Origin: a virus | Taxonomy: Duplodnaviria; Caudoviricetes | Reading direction: 5' to 3' (one strand) | Virus record (IMG/VR): IMGVR_UViG_3300012178_000018 | Span: 1-26,279 of that record | Length of the DNA: 26,279 nucleotides | In this document: in pieces, positions 26,266 to 26,279 of the stretch | Position numbering within the stretch: position 1 is the stretch's first letter | Layout: each line of letters begins with the position of its first letter | Position numbers and translations under genes: made by a program | Notes under the pieces: generated by a model | The model's database searches: none | The model's input: the letters and a program-made list of their open reading frames with translations, nothing else | What the model was told of the DNA's origin: nothing

Positions 26266-26274
26266 GTATTTATG
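26266..26274 (+). promoter_or_regulatory. GTATTTATG variant of the late-promoter-like motif
   Basis: Intergenic, at the window edge; the downstream gene is not visible. Confidence 0.35.
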
Positions 26275-26279
26275 AGTAC

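Noticed and set aside
1-26279. Stop-codon reassignment (TAG/TGA), as seen in some large Bacteroidota phages
   Set aside because: Coding density is high in the standard code; TAG (2472, 15076, 18734) and TGA (19117) fall at natural gene ends followed by new starts or promoter motifs.

Overview
AT-rich, gene-dense segment of a large contractile-tailed (myovirus-like, probably jumbo) dsDNA phage, read in the standard genetic code and almost all on the + strand. A Bacteroidota/Flavobacteria-type host is inferred from TTG-N20-TAnnTTTG promoters, A-rich leaders without Shine-Dalgarno motifs and a DUF6734-like gene. Positions 416-17248 form a baseplate/tail module: a gp25-like and a gp6-like wedge, a P2 gpI/T4 gp7-like protein and tandem paralogous tail-collar-like proteins. 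Many of these genes are preceded by a GTATTTATA motif, a putative late promoter. Positions 17923-26219 form a DNA-metabolism/regulatory module: RHH protein, RuvC-like resolvase, SNase, GIY-YIG, primase, ECF-like sigma factor, Hsp20, an RHH/GIY-YIG/Fis-HTH chimera and a single-chain Mre11-Rad50 (SbcD-SbcC) fusion. Most notable: (1) a candidate virion-protein O-glycosylation system, in which a GT95/GT96-like glycosyltransferase sits between four putative structural genes that all carry poly-Thr/TTAPP mucin-like tracts, with a second DxD protein in the baseplate operon; (2) a Hef-like endonuclease cassette flanked by an exact 48-bp duplication of the baseplate wedge 5' end; (3) a nuclease fused to a sigma54-activator-type Fis HTH, divergent from Hsp20 across a region of TGACA/TGTCA boxes and inverted repeats. 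All family assignments come from motif recognition by eye; no database searches were run.
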